From NCBI GenBank assembly GCA_964345885.1, contig CAYFSW010000033.1, positions 45,584 through 109,583 on the forward strand: a DNA stretch of 64,000 nt, read 5' to 3'. How positions within the stretch are numbered: the first letter of the stretch is position 1; every line of letters begins with the position of its first letter. The notes under the pieces are model-generated. The model ran no database searches and had not been told where the DNA came from. It saw nothing but the letters and a program-made list of their open reading frames with translations. The position numbers and the translations under genes are program-made. The DNA is from an uncultured Gemmatimonadota bacterium. GTDB lineage: Bacteria > Gemmatimonadota > Gemmatimonadetes > Palauibacterales > KS3-K002. Positions 9,372 to 19,155 of this stretch are shown in pieces.

Positions 9372-9968
9372 GTGAAGTACGTCAGCTGGGTCTTGATCGT
9401 CTGCGTGTCGCTGGCCGCGGGGCAACCTGCAGGTCATGGCACGAGCGGCATCGCCAGCTGGCATTCTTTCGACCAGCTCGTCCTCTCTCCCGCGGTTTCA
9501 GATAACATCGCGCTGCTCTTCGACCAGTTCGACACTGAGGTGGTGCTGTGCCTGGAAGGGGAACGGCGCGGGAATGACCTCTATATCACCGATTTCCGCA
9601 TGCCGCACATCCTGTTGTCGGAGATGGGGCGCGTGCAGGCGGCCGGCTGCATGCCGAGCCGCAGAGCTGTAGGCACGTGGCACAACCACCCGCCGCTGGG
9701 AGCGAGCTTCGCCACTTCGAACGCGGAGGTACGCGCCCGCAACTGCTACCTGTCACGCACCGACATCGTCGACTTCCGTCGTCGGAGCGACGCGCTGGTG
9801 ACGGTGGTGTCTTGTGGGCCGCACACCTTTGCCTACTGGAGGCGTGGCGACGTCGAGTCGGCGGCCGAGGACGCGGCCATGCTACCGCCGCCCCAGGAGC
9901 AACTAGTTCGCTCGGAGATCGGCCGAGACCTTCAGGAAAGCCCGCTCACACAGGCCCGCGAGCGCTGA
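9372..9968 (+). CDS. Exported JAB/MPN (JAMM)-like domain protein
   Basis: Signal-peptide-like MKYVSWVLIVCVSLAAG; EVVLCLEG, VGTWHNHP, LSRTD; SD GGGGAGG. Confidence 0.6.
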   Translation: MKYVSWVLIVCVSLAAGQPAGHGTSGIASWHSFDQLVLSPAVSDNIALLFDQFDTEVVLCLEGERRGNDLYITDFRMPHILLSEMGRVQAAGCMPSRRAVGTWHNHPPLGASFATSNAEVRARNCYLSRTDIVDFRRRSDALVTVVSCGPHTFAYWRRGDVESAAEDAAMLPPPQEQLVRSEIGRDLQESPLTQARER

Positions 9969-10833
9969 CCAGCCTCGCGCTTTCCATCACATCCGTCAAC
10001 TCAGCCACGGCGTCGTCGCGCTGCCGCTCGTTCTCGTAGACGGCGAACAGCGCCGAACCGCTGCCGCTGAGCAGGGCAATTAGCGGCTGCGTCTCGCTCA
10101 ACGCCTCCCTCATGAGACGCAGGTCGGGTCGCAGACCGAAGATCACCGGCTCGAAGTCGTTGACGGCCGCCGAGCTTACCACCTCCCAGGACGAGATGTC
10201 CGAGTCGGACCGCAGCCGCGGCTCGACACCTGTCGTCCGCTCAGCGACCTGTCGCTCGTCCCAGTGGGCGTAAGCCTCCGCCGTTGAGATCGCGACATCG
10301 GGTAGCACCAGCAGCATCGGTCGCGGCGCTAGCCCCTGGCAGGCCAGTATGCGCTCCCCTCGCCCCCAGGCGAAGGCGAGGGGCGTATCAGCGGCGAAGA
10401 ACGTAACATCGGCTCCGAGCCGGGAAGCGAGAGCGAGGGTCTCGTCCCGCGAAGGCCGAGCCTCGACCGCTGCGGCGAGGACCCTCAAAACGGCGGCCGC
10501 GTCACTCGAGCCACCTCCCAGCCCCGAGCCCGGTGGTATGTGTTTTTCCAGCTCGATCTCCACACCAGCGGGCGTGCCGCCACGCTCCAGGAAAAGGGTA
10601 GCAGCGCGCGCTGCGAGATTCTCGAGGTTTGGCGGTGCGGTCTCCGGGCCACTGACGCGGATGGAGACACCCGGCTCGTCACTCACTCGGATCCGCAGCT
10701 GGTCGGCCAGGTCGATTCGGCAGAACACGGTCTCGATGGGATGGTAACCGTCCGGGCCGCGTGGGAAGATACGCAGCGACAGGTTCACTTTGCCCTTGGC
10801 CTCGACCAGCTGCCAACCTTCGTCTGGTTTCAT
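9946..10833 (-). CDS. ispE: 4-diphosphocytidyl-2-C-methyl-D-erythritol kinase
   Basis: AKGKVNLSLRI, GYHPIETVF, KHIPPGSGLGGGSSDAAA, LGADV, SGSGSA; start taken as ATG 10833 because the longer ORF start lies in a repeat. Confidence 0.95.
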   Translation of the reverse strand: MKPDEGWQLVEAKGKVNLSLRIFPRGPDGYHPIETVFCRIDLADQLRIRVSDEPGVSIRVSGPETAPPNLENLAARAATLFLERGGTPAGVEIELEKHIPPGSGLGGGSSDAAAVLRVLAAAVEARPSRDETLALASRLGADVTFFAADTPLAFAWGRGERILACQGLAPRPMLLVLPDVAISTAEAYAHWDERQVAERTTGVEPRLRSDSDISSWEVVSSAAVNDFEPVIFGLRPDLRLMREALSETQPLIALLSGSGSALFAVYENERQRDDAVAELTDVMESARLVSARGPV

Positions 10834-10840
10834 TTCAGTA

Positions 10841-11030
10841 TCCAATATCCGACATCCAGTGAGCAAATGTTCAAGGTGTATTCACCTGACAAGCATCAAG
10901 TCCCAACCTCCACCGGGAAATGGATGCGGGCGAGCGTTTATCCTTGGAAATCGGATATCGGACATTGAAACATGAAAGTCGAATAATCCTTGAAACTCGA
11001 TAGAAGGATATCGTCTAATGGATATTGAAA
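10841..11030. repeat. Element C: heptamer-unit repeat with inverted arms (CCAATAT/TCGGATA family)
   Basis: tccaatatccgacatcc (10841-10857) pairs with tcggatatcgga (about 10951-10962); further degenerate units to about 11030. Confidence 0.65.
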
Positions 11031-11083
11031 TGGCCCTCACAGCGCGTGTACGCTTCTCTCGTGCAGGATCCGGGTCGTACGGA

Positions 11084-12106
11084 TCAGGCGCCCTCTTCTA
11101 CGATCTCCTCGCTGTGCCCGACCTCGCCCCACGACAGACCTAGCCGACCCAGGTAGAACAAGCCGAGGATCGTCACCGGCGTGAACGTGGTGATGTGGAA
11201 CGCCAGGGCATAGCTCAGCGCGAGTCCTGCCGGGACGCCGAACGGGCTGAGAGCGATACGAGCGCTGGCTTCGAACAGCCCGAAGAATCCGGGCGACGAA
11301 GGCACCGACACGATGAAGGCCATCACCCCCTGCAGGAAGACGGCGCCCAGGAACCCGGGCTCGGTGATGTTGAATGCGAGCATGCCGATCCAGAGTGCCA
11401 GAGCGCCCCACAGCCAGTGGGCCAGCGACCAGACGAGCCCGGCCACCACCAATCTGGGGCTCCGCATCGCGCCGAGTCCTTCGATGAAAGACCTGAACAT
11501 CTCGGCGATCGACTCGGCAGCCCTCCTGGGCATCAGCCGCCCGATGGTGGATCGAAATATCCGGTCCACGAGATCGGGCCGAAAAATCAACAGGAGAAGC
11601 GCTACCGCGGCACCGCCGAAGATCACCAGGACCAGGAACAGTTTGCTTGCCACCTCGTCGCCCAGGCCAGGGGCGACCCGGAAGCCTGGCATGAAGAGCG
11701 GCGCCGCCAGGAAGAGGGCCAGCGTCAGCGCGTCGAACAGCCGCTCGACAACTAGCGAGCCGAACGCGGCACTCGCGGTTATCGGCTGGCTGCGGCTCAG
11801 CGCATAGGCCCGGGCGAACTCGCCGACGCGCGCCGGCAGCAGGTTGTTGGCCATGAACCCGATGCAGGTGCTGGCAAACCTTGCATCGAATGACGGCTCG
11901 GCCAGGGCAGGCCTGAGAAAGACCTTCCAGCGCGCCGCGCGGATCAGGAACGCGGCCGTTTGGATGACGACTGCCAACGATAGGAGCCAGAGGTCGGCAG
12001 CTCGAATGTGCCCCCAGACCTCCGTGAGAGACACGTCGTGGAGAACCCAATAGAGGAGGGCGAGGCTGACGACCAGCCCCAGGATCGTCCGCCAGCCGCG
12101 AGTCAT
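11084..12106 (-). CDS. Lysylphosphatidylglycerol synthase-like TM (UPF0104, flippase-like) protein
   Basis: RAARWKVFL, GFMANNLLPARVGEFARAY, GSLVVERLFD, VPSSPGFFGLFE. Confidence 0.88.
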   Translation of the reverse strand: MTRGWRTILGLVVSLALLYWVLHDVSLTEVWGHIRAADLWLLSLAVVIQTAAFLIRAARWKVFLRPALAEPSFDARFASTCIGFMANNLLPARVGEFARAYALSRSQPITASAAFGSLVVERLFDALTLALFLAAPLFMPGFRVAPGLGDEVASKLFLVLVIFGGAAVALLLLIFRPDLVDRIFRSTIGRLMPRRAAESIAEMFRSFIEGLGAMRSPRLVVAGLVWSLAHWLWGALALWIGMLAFNITEPGFLGAVFLQGVMAFIVSVPSSPGFFGLFEASARIALSPFGVPAGLALSYALAFHITTFTPVTILGLFYLGRLGLSWGEVGHSEEIVEEGA

Positions 12107-13524
12107 TGGACCGCGGCTGTCCGGACCAGTGCGTGCTCGATCAGCCCGAGCGCTTCTTCGAGGAGGCTGTGCGCGCGGTCGACGTCGGGCGCGTCGACTC
12201 GCAGTAGAGCCGCGATCTCGCTCGACAGCGAACGAGCGCGTGACACCGCATCCTCGGCCGTATAAAGCAACGACTCGATGTCTACGGTCGGCCCCCGCGT
12301 CGGATGCGTCGCCGCCTCCAGCGAATCATCTGCCCTCTGCAACGCGCTCTCCCGCGTTTCCTTTTCTGATGCCTCGAGGTACGAGCGGAGTGCCGCCACA
12401 GTAACGGCGAGGTCGATGGCGATCGCCTGCAGCCGCCAGGGCGGCGCGTCGCGACTCGCGCGTACGGCGGCACCGGCCCGCCGCGCCACGCGACCGAGCC
12501 CGGCGTGGCCGAAGGTGACGGCGCGCTCGCGCAGCTGCCTGAACGAGTAGGTCAGCCGTTCGGCGATCCGCGGCGCCCCGTCAGGCGCGTGTGCCAGCTC
12601 CGCGCGTAACCGCTCGATCGTGTCGAGGCTGCCCGTGGCCTCTAAGGCGAAGAACCCCTCCCACGAGCCGGCCCCACGTTCGGCCATCGGACACTCTTCG
12701 ATGTGCGGGCCGGGCTCATCGTGGAAGAGTTCGCTTATCCAGGTTATGTCTCGCTGGGCAGCCGTCTCAAGAACCTGATCCTTGAGGTCCTCGATCTCCA
12801 CGGCTCCGTCAGCGACGCCACTCGGCTGCTCGCCCCGGATCAGCTCCGTCGCCACATCGTCCAGCGCCTGCCGCGCCCGACGGAAGAGAACCAGGTGACC
12901 GGGCCCCACGGTGGCGCTCGTGTCGGCGATCCGCAGAATCACCTCTTCCAGCGCGGTGACGGCCGGACCGACGGCGGGGATCTCGTCGACCCCTTCGATG
13001 CCCCTCAGAGGCCGGATACGCCGCAAGAGTCTCTTGAGCGGCTCACGATTGCGAGGGTCGCGCTCGAGTATAACCAGCGATTCGCCGATCTCCGACGCGA
13101 GCCCGCGCAGCTCGGTGCCCAGGTAGCGCCGGAACCGCTCGTCATCCTTCGGCGGTGGCGGTGGCGCCGCCGAGTCGCCCAGCCGTTCCGCGATCGACTC
13201 GGCCCGCTTGGCAATGTCGGCGGGCGGCGACTTCACCGAGTCCACCAGCCCGCGGATCTCTTTGAGCGCCGACTCCATGTTACCCTTGAGCTCCGCACCC
13301 CAGTGCCGCTTTCCTGCCACCAAATCCGCCGCCGCCGCCTGCACGGCGCCCGCAGCGCGAGCGATCGCATCCTGGTCCGCCATCCGCGCGCTGCCGCGCA
13401 GCGCGCGTGCGAACCGCCTCAGTTCGTCGGCGTCGGGCGTCGGACCTGCGCTGAGGGCCCGATCCATCTTGTCCAGGTAGTCGCCCGATTCGTCGGCGAA
13501 GAATTCCAGCAGCGTTCTGGGCAT
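12103..13524 (-). CDS. Protein with three Hpt-like domains lacking the phospho-accepting His
   Basis: LLEFFADES...RRFARALRGSARMA; LLRRIRPLRGIEGV; LTYSFRQLRERAVTFG; no kinase or CheW domain visible. Confidence 0.7.
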   Translation of the reverse strand: MPRTLLEFFADESGDYLDKMDRALSAGPTPDADELRRFARALRGSARMADQDAIARAAGAVQAAAADLVAGKRHWGAELKGNMESALKEIRGLVDSVKSPPADIAKRAESIAERLGDSAAPPPPPKDDERFRRYLGTELRGLASEIGESLVILERDPRNREPLKRLLRRIRPLRGIEGVDEIPAVGPAVTALEEVILRIADTSATVGPGHLVLFRRARQALDDVATELIRGEQPSGVADGAVEIEDLKDQVLETAAQRDITWISELFHDEPGPHIEECPMAERGAGSWEGFFALEATGSLDTIERLRAELAHAPDGAPRIAERLTYSFRQLRERAVTFGHAGLGRVARRAGAAVRASRDAPPWRLQAIAIDLAVTVAALRSYLEASEKETRESALQRADDSLEAATHPTRGPTVDIESLLYTAEDAVSRARSLSSEIAALLRVDAPDVDRAHSLLEEALGLIEHALVRTAAVQ

Positions 13525-13528
13525 TTCC

Positions 13529-14266
13529 CTAGCCCCCCACCCCGCGTCTCGCTTCTGTGACTATCTGCAACATCTCGCGTACAGCCCGCTCCATCCCGAC
13601 GAATACCGCTCGGCTCACAACCGAGTGTCCAATGTTCAGCTCTTCGATCCCCGGGATCGCCGCCACCGGCGAAACGTTCTCGTAGGTCAGCCCGTGACCG
13701 GCGTGCACCGCTAGTCCGACCTCATGCCCCAGCAACGTGGCACGCTCGAGGCGCTGCAACTGCTCGCCCCGGCCCCCGCGACTCGCGTTCGCGTACTCGC
13801 CCGTGTGTAGCTCGATTGCGTCCGCTCCCAACTCGGCCGCATTGCGAATCGTCTCCTCGACCGGGTCGATAAAGAGTGAGGTCTTGATGCCCGCTTCACG
13901 GAGCCGAGCGAGCGACTCAGCGACGCGCCGGCGACGCCCTGCATCGCCGAGATCGAGCCCTCCCTCGGTCGTGACCTCCTCACGCCGCTCCGGCACCAGA
14001 GTGGCCTGCATCGGCCGGTGCTCCAACGCGAACTTCAACACCTCTTCTTCGACCGCCAGCTCCAGGTTCACGCCGGTGCGCGCCGTTTCCAGCAACAACA
14101 GCACGTCACGGTCTTTGATGTGGCGACGGTCCTCCCGCAGGTGTACGGTTATCGCCTGCGCCCCGCCCAGCTCGGCCAGGACAGCAGCACGGACGGGGTC
14201 GGGTTCGTCGGTTCGCCGTGCCTCACGGACCGTCGCAACGTGATCGAGATTGATGTACAGCCTCAT
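13529..14266 (-). CDS. pdxJ: Pyridoxine 5'-phosphate synthase
   Basis: [60 protein letters not shown]. Confidence 0.97.
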   Translation of the reverse strand: MRLYINLDHVATVREARRTDEPDPVRAAVLAELGGAQAITVHLREDRRHIKDRDVLLLLETARTGVNLELAVEEEVLKFALEHRPMQATLVPERREEVTTEGGLDLGDAGRRRRVAESLARLREAGIKTSLFIDPVEETIRNAAELGADAIELHTGEYANASRGGRGEQLQRLERATLLGHEVGLAVHAGHGLTYENVSPVAAIPGIEELNIGHSVVSRAVFVGMERAVREMLQIVTEARRGVGG

Positions 14267-15150
14267 CCCGGAACGGCCTTTCCAGTCAACCAGGACTTGA
14301 TCTCCGCCTCGATCGCCGCGGCCGTCTCGGCGTCCAGTCCCTGCTCGCGGCCTAACTCGACCGCCTCCAGCGCCAACCGCCCATAAAGTTCACGCCTGCC
14401 AGCGGCCAGCGACTCCAGGTGTCCCCTCACCGTCGCCAGGTCACCGCGCGCCACCGGGCCGGTCAGCGCGCGCGGCAGGCCGGGTCGCTCCAAGTTCGCC
14501 AGGGCGCCACCCCACAACGGCTGCAACGCTTCTGCCGCCTCGGCGCGGCCTACGTGCACGGCGTCGGCCAGCAATCGTGTGGCCACCGAGACACAGGCTA
14601 CAACATAGTTGGAGGCGAACACGCACGCTGCATGATAGCGTGCTTTGTCCTCCGCGTGAACCTCCAGCATCCGGCCGCCTGCAGCCTCGACGATCCGCGC
14701 TGCCCCGGCCCGTGCCTCGCCTTCCCCCTCGTAAGTGAAGAAGGCGCCCCGGAGCCGCTCGGCGCCTTGCGCCGGATCGGCCACGGTCTGCAGCGGATGC
14801 AACGACCCAACGGCGTAGCCCGCCTGGGCCAGCGGCGCGAGCACAGCCGCCGGCTGCGCGCCACTATGGTGCAGAGCCACACACCGGGCGCCGGGCTGGC
14901 CCAGCCGGGCGATCTCGGCAGCGACCTCGGCGATGACCCCGTCGGGTACCGCCAGCAGCAGGCAGGTACCGTCGGGTGGTGGTCCCGGTACCGCGCTGGC
15001 GTAGCGCACAACCGGCGACTCCATTAGCGGGTGGTCCGGCGCGCGCTTGCGCCGACCCACGAGGAGCACCCCGCCCGACCCGGAACTCGCGAGCACCGTG
15101 CCTAGCGAGAGACCCATCCGACCGGGACCGATGATCCAGTACACGTCCAT
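14263..15150 (-). CDS. Rossmann-like + DUF2520 oxidoreductase (PanG-like ketopantoate reductase family)
   Basis: [51 protein letters not shown]. Confidence 0.85.
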   Translation of the reverse strand: MDVYWIIGPGRMGLSLGTVLASSGSGGVLLVGRRKRAPDHPLMESPVVRYASAVPGPPPDGTCLLLAVPDGVIAEVAAEIARLGQPGARCVALHHSGAQPAAVLAPLAQAGYAVGSLHPLQTVADPAQGAERLRGAFFTYEGEGEARAGAARIVEAAGGRMLEVHAEDKARYHAACVFASNYVVACVSVATRLLADAVHVGRAEAAEALQPLWGGALANLERPGLPRALTGPVARGDLATVRGHLESLAAGRRELYGRLALEAVELGREQGLDAETAAAIEAEIKSWLTGKAVPG

Positions 15151-15154
15151 GCGA

Positions 15155-16459
15155 TCAGGCCGCCGGTGCCTCGATGGCTACGCCGTCTCGCGCCCGCAGA
15201 CGACCCAGAGCATCGGCAGGCAGCCGAGCCGTCAGCCGGATCGACGTTCCTCCCTCCTCCCGCGTCAGGACCTCGCCCTCCCTGTAGATCTCTGCCAAGA
15301 CGCCGCCGGCGCTGGCCGGGATGGTCAGCGTGACGATCGACCAGCGTCGGCGAATCGTCTCCCTCAGCCTGGTCCGCAGAGACTCGAGCCCGGTCGCCTC
15401 GACCGTCGAGGAAAAGACGTGCGCATCGAGAAGCGCCGCCGCCCGCTGCTCGATCGCGGCTTGCTCCACGTGGGTCAGGCGATCGACTTTGTTGAACACG
15501 ACCAGCCGGCCTTTGGGATTGAAATGAAGTTCGGCCAGCACACCCTCCACCACCTCGTACTGCTCCTCCCAGTGCTCGAACGACACGTCGACCACATTGC
15601 AAAGCAAGTCGGCCTCGTTCGCTTCCTCCAGCGTCGCCCCGAACGACGCAATAAGGTGGTGGGGCAACTTGCGGATGAACCCGACCGTGTCGGTCACCAG
15701 TGCGTGAAAGCCTTCACCGAGATCTACCGCTCGGGTGGCCGGGTCGAGCGTCGCGAACAGCCGGTCCTCGATGAAGAGATCCGACCCTGACAGCCCGGCG
15801 AGTATCGAGGATTTGCCCGCATTCGTGTAGCCGACCAAGGCGACCCGGAACTCACCGACGCGCCCCTTACGCTCGATCTCGCGCTGCCGTGCCACCTTTT
15901 CGAGACGACGCTTCAGGTCGCTGATCTTCCGCCTGATGGTCCGCCGGTCGGTCTCGAGCTGCGTCTCACCGGGACCCCGCAGGCCGATGCCGCCGCGGAT
16001 GCGCGAGAGGTGGTTCCACATCCGCGTAAGTCGTGGCATCAGGTACTGCAACTGGGCAAGCTCGACCTGCATCTTGGCTTCCGCGGTCCGCGCCCGCAGA
16101 GCGAAGATGTCGATGATCAGTTCGGTGCGGTCCATCACCCGCACGCCGAGCGTGTCCTCCAGATTCTGACCCTGCACCGGCGAGAGGTCCTCGTCGAAGA
16201 TCACCAGGCTCGCCCCGCTGCTCGCGACGACCGACCGCAGCTGCTCGGCCTTGCCGCTACCGATATAGTAGGCCGGGTGCGGCGATCGGACCTGCTGCTC
16301 GAACGTGGCAATAACCTCGGCACCCGCTGTGCCTGTTAACGACTTCAACTCGCTCAGGTGATCGCGAGCTTCTTGCCGGCTCGTCTCCGGACCGGGAGCG
16401 GTCAGCAGGACCACCCGGTCCTTGGGAAGCTCTATCTCGTGGACTTTGTCGTTAGCGAT
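15155..16459 (-). CDS. hflX: Ribosome-splitting GTPase HflX
   Basis: GSGKAEQL, DRTELIIDIFALRART.EAKMQVELAQLQY, GPGETQLETDRR, GYTNAGKSS, LFATLD, DTVGFI, NKVD. ORF track start is 16414; frame is open to 16477 and an SD points to ATC at 16459. Confidence 0.96.
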   Translation of the reverse strand: MANDKVHEIELPKDRVVLLTAPGPETSRQEARDHLSELKSLTGTAGAEVIATFEQQVRSPHPAYYIGSGKAEQLRSVVASSGASLVIFDEDLSPVQGQNLEDTLGVRVMDRTELIIDIFALRARTAEAKMQVELAQLQYLMPRLTRMWNHLSRIRGGIGLRGPGETQLETDRRTIRRKISDLKRRLEKVARQREIERKGRVGEFRVALVGYTNAGKSSILAGLSGSDLFIEDRLFATLDPATRAVDLGEGFHALVTDTVGFIRKLPHHLIASFGATLEEANEADLLCNVVDVSFEHWEEQYEVVEGVLAELHFNPKGRLVVFNKVDRLTHVEQAAIEQRAAALLDAHVFSSTVEATGLESLRTRLRETIRRRWSIVTLTIPASAGGVLAEIYREGEVLTREEGGTSIRLTARLPADALGRLRARDGVAIEAPAA

Positions 16460-16511
16460 CTCTGATCCTACTCCCTTTCAATGTTTGGTGTCTCGTTTCA
16501 CTAATAATACC

Positions 16512-17894
16512 CTAGCCGCGTTCCCGGCGTGCCGCTCGCCGTTTGGTCGACCACGCTTCGAGTCGCTTGGCGATCTCGGCCTCGAAGCCCCTGCCGGACG
16601 GTTCGTAGAAGCGGCGCTCGCCCAGCGAGTCAGGCAAGTACTCCTGCTGCGCCAGCGCATCGGGCTCATCGTGGTCGTACTTATAGTCCGCACCGTACCC
16701 CAGGTCCTTCATCAACCGCGTGGGCGCGTTGCGGATGTGTAGCGGCACCGGTTCGCCGGGCGTTTCCCGGGCCGCCGACGAGGCACTGCCGAAGGCTTTA
16801 TAGATCCGGTTCGACTTGGGGGCCGTCGCCAGATAGACCGCAGCCTCCGCCAACGCCAGCTCACCTTCCGGCGACCCGAGAAAGTGGTAGGCGTCCTTGG
16901 CGGCAGTTGCGATCCAGAGGGCGCGCGGGTCGGCCAACCCCACATCTTCCGTCGCCATACGGATCAGGCGCCGGCAGATATAGAGCGGATCTTCGCCACC
17001 GTCCAGCATGCGAGCCAGCCAATAGAGGGCGCCATCCGGGTCGGAGCCCCTCACCGCCTTGTGCAACGCCGATATCAGATTGTAGTGCTCCTCGCCCGAC
17101 TTGTCATAGTGGGCGAAGCGCTTCTGGAACGCCTCGGCAGCGACGCGAGCTGTGATGCTGCCGGCACCTCCCACCATAGATGCGGCGACCTCGAGGGCCG
17201 ACAGCGCGCGCCTCGCGTCACCGTCGGCGGCGCGAGCCAACAGGTCGAGTGCGTCGTCCTCCACCCGCAGCCGTGAGCCGCCGAGCCCGCGTTGCTCGTC
17301 GGCCAGGGCCCGTTCGCAGATCGCTAGCACGTCTTCTTCACTCAACGGCTCGAGCACCAAGACGCGCGACCGACTGAGCAACGCGCTTATGACCTCGAAG
17401 CTCGGGTTCTCGGTGGTGGCGCCAATCAAGATGACCGTCCCGGCCTCCACGTGGGGCAGAAACGCGTCCTGCTGTGCTTTGTTGAAGCTGTGTATCTCAT
17501 CGCAGAACAGGATCGTGCGGCGGCCGGTAGCGTTGAGCCGCTCGCCGGCTTCAGCGATGATCTGACGGACGCGCGGCACGCCCTCGGTGACGGCACTGAA
17601 GGGAACGAACGCGGCATCGGTGCGATCGGCTATGATCCGGGCCAATGTCGTCTTGCCGCTGCCCGGCGGCCCCCAGAAGATCAGCGAACCCAACTCGTCA
17701 CGCTCGATCATCTCACGCAGGATCCGGCCGGGCCCGACCAGGTGCTCCTGGCCCAGAAACTCGTCCAGGTTGCGGGGTCGCATCCGGGTCGCCAGCGGTG
17801 CGGCGGGCGAGTTCTCGTCCGCTATTCCTCCCCCCTGGAGCGGCTTGGACTCCGGGGTCGGAAACAGTTCGAGTTCTTCCTTCATCTCCTCCAC
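16512..17894 (-). CDS. rarA: Replication-associated recombination protein A (RarA/MgsA)
   Basis: [74 protein letters not shown]. Confidence 0.96.
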   Translation of the reverse strand: MEEMKEELELFPTPESKPLQGGGIADENSPAAPLATRMRPRNLDEFLGQEHLVGPGRILREMIERDELGSLIFWGPPGSGKTTLARIIADRTDAAFVPFSAVTEGVPRVRQIIAEAGERLNATGRRTILFCDEIHSFNKAQQDAFLPHVEAGTVILIGATTENPSFEVISALLSRSRVLVLEPLSEEDVLAICERALADEQRGLGGSRLRVEDDALDLLARAADGDARRALSALEVAASMVGGAGSITARVAAEAFQKRFAHYDKSGEEHYNLISALHKAVRGSDPDGALYWLARMLDGGEDPLYICRRLIRMATEDVGLADPRALWIATAAKDAYHFLGSPEGELALAEAAVYLATAPKSNRIYKAFGSASSAARETPGEPVPLHIRNAPTRLMKDLGYGADYKYDHDEPDALAQQEYLPDSLGERRFYEPSGRGFEAEIAKRLEAWSTKRRAARRERG

Positions 17895-17897
17895 GTC

Positions 17898-19154
17898 CTA
17901 GTCGGGGAGCCGCCGGCGCGCATACTCGAGCAAGCGTTTCCTCGTGTTCAGCTTCGGATCCTCGATCACGGCATCCAGGCAGGCCTCGAGGATCCGACCG
18001 AACTCGGGACCCGGCTTCAGCCCCAGCTCCTTAAGATCGCTCCCGTCGATCGCCAGCGCCGCCAGCGTAACCGGGTCACCTCTACGGAGCACGCCGAGCA
18101 CCGTGCTCGCCTGCCCGGCCAGAGCGGAACGACCCTCGGCGCCCGTGCCCAGAGCCCCCTCGCGGCAGAAATGTAGCCGCAACGCATCGCGCGCGTCGTC
18201 CGGACCCACATGCCTGAGCCAGCGACGCGCGGCGACGACATCGCCCGACTTGGGCAGGGACAGGTCGAGCGCTCGGCCCAGCACCTGCACGTCGCGCAGC
18301 TCCGCGTTCGAGAAGCGGAGCCGTCTCATCAGCGGCTCGATCTCCGAACCGGCCGGGGCGAATAGCGTCGAGAGACGAAGCCGGAGCCGGCGCTCCGCCA
18401 GACCATCTATGGCCCCCAAGATGACCCGCCACTCGGTGTCATCGACGGACGCGAGCTCCGGGACCAGAACGGCCAGGGCACCCGACCTTCGATAGAGGTC
18501 AAGAACTCGCGACGGTACCGGCCCTGACAACACCTTGAGGATTTCCTCACGGACTCGCTCCCCCGACAGTCGCGGAAGTCTGGGCGTTGCAGCGACCAGC
18601 GCAGCCCAGGTCGCGGGCTCGATCTCCAGCTCGTAGCGGCCCGCGAAACGCAGCCCGCGAAGCACGCGCAGGTAGTCCTCGGCAAATCGCGTCGCCGGCT
18701 CGCCCACGCAGCGCAGCAAGCGCCGCTGTAGGTCTTTCCACCCAGCCATCGGATCGTGGAACTTGTTATGCAACGGGTGATAGGCGATCGCATTGATGGT
18801 GAAGTCGCGACGTGCAAGGTCCTCGTCCAGGCGGTCGGCGTACTCGACCACGGCGTGCCTGCCGTCGGTCTCGATGTCGCGCCGGAACGTGGTTACTTCG
18901 TAAAGGTTTCCGTCTTCGCCACGCACGCCCACCGTGCCGAACTGGATGCCCACCGGGTAGGACGGCCGGAACAACTCGAGCACCGTCTCGGGCCGAGCTG
19001 CCGTCGCCAGGTCCCAGTCCCCGCGCGAACCACCGAGCAGCGCATCGCGCACGGCGCCACCGACTGCCCACGTCTCGTGTCCCCGATCTTCCAGCCGTCG
19101 AGCGATCGCCGCGACCGCACCCGGCACGTCCAGCTTTTCGGGCAGACCTTTCAC
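17898..19154 (-). CDS. cca: CCA tRNA nucleotidyltransferase / poly(A) polymerase family
   Basis: VGGAVRDALLG, DWDLAT, EVTTFRRD, DLARRDFTINAIA, RFAEDYLRVLRGLRFA, ERVREE; the tRNA in the window lacks an encoded CCA. Confidence 0.9.
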   Translation of the reverse strand: MKGLPEKLDVPGAVAAIARRLEDRGHETWAVGGAVRDALLGGSRGDWDLATAARPETVLELFRPSYPVGIQFGTVGVRGEDGNLYEVTTFRRDIETDGRHAVVEYADRLDEDLARRDFTINAIAYHPLHNKFHDPMAGWKDLQRRLLRCVGEPATRFAEDYLRVLRGLRFAGRYELEIEPATWAALVAATPRLPRLSGERVREEILKVLSGPVPSRVLDLYRRSGALAVLVPELASVDDTEWRVILGAIDGLAERRLRLRLSTLFAPAGSEIEPLMRRLRFSNAELRDVQVLGRALDLSLPKSGDVVAARRWLRHVGPDDARDALRLHFCREGALGTGAEGRSALAGQASTVLGVLRRGDPVTLAALAIDGSDLKELGLKPGPEFGRILEACLDAVIEDPKLNTRKRLLEYARRRLPD

Positions 19155-19155
19155 T

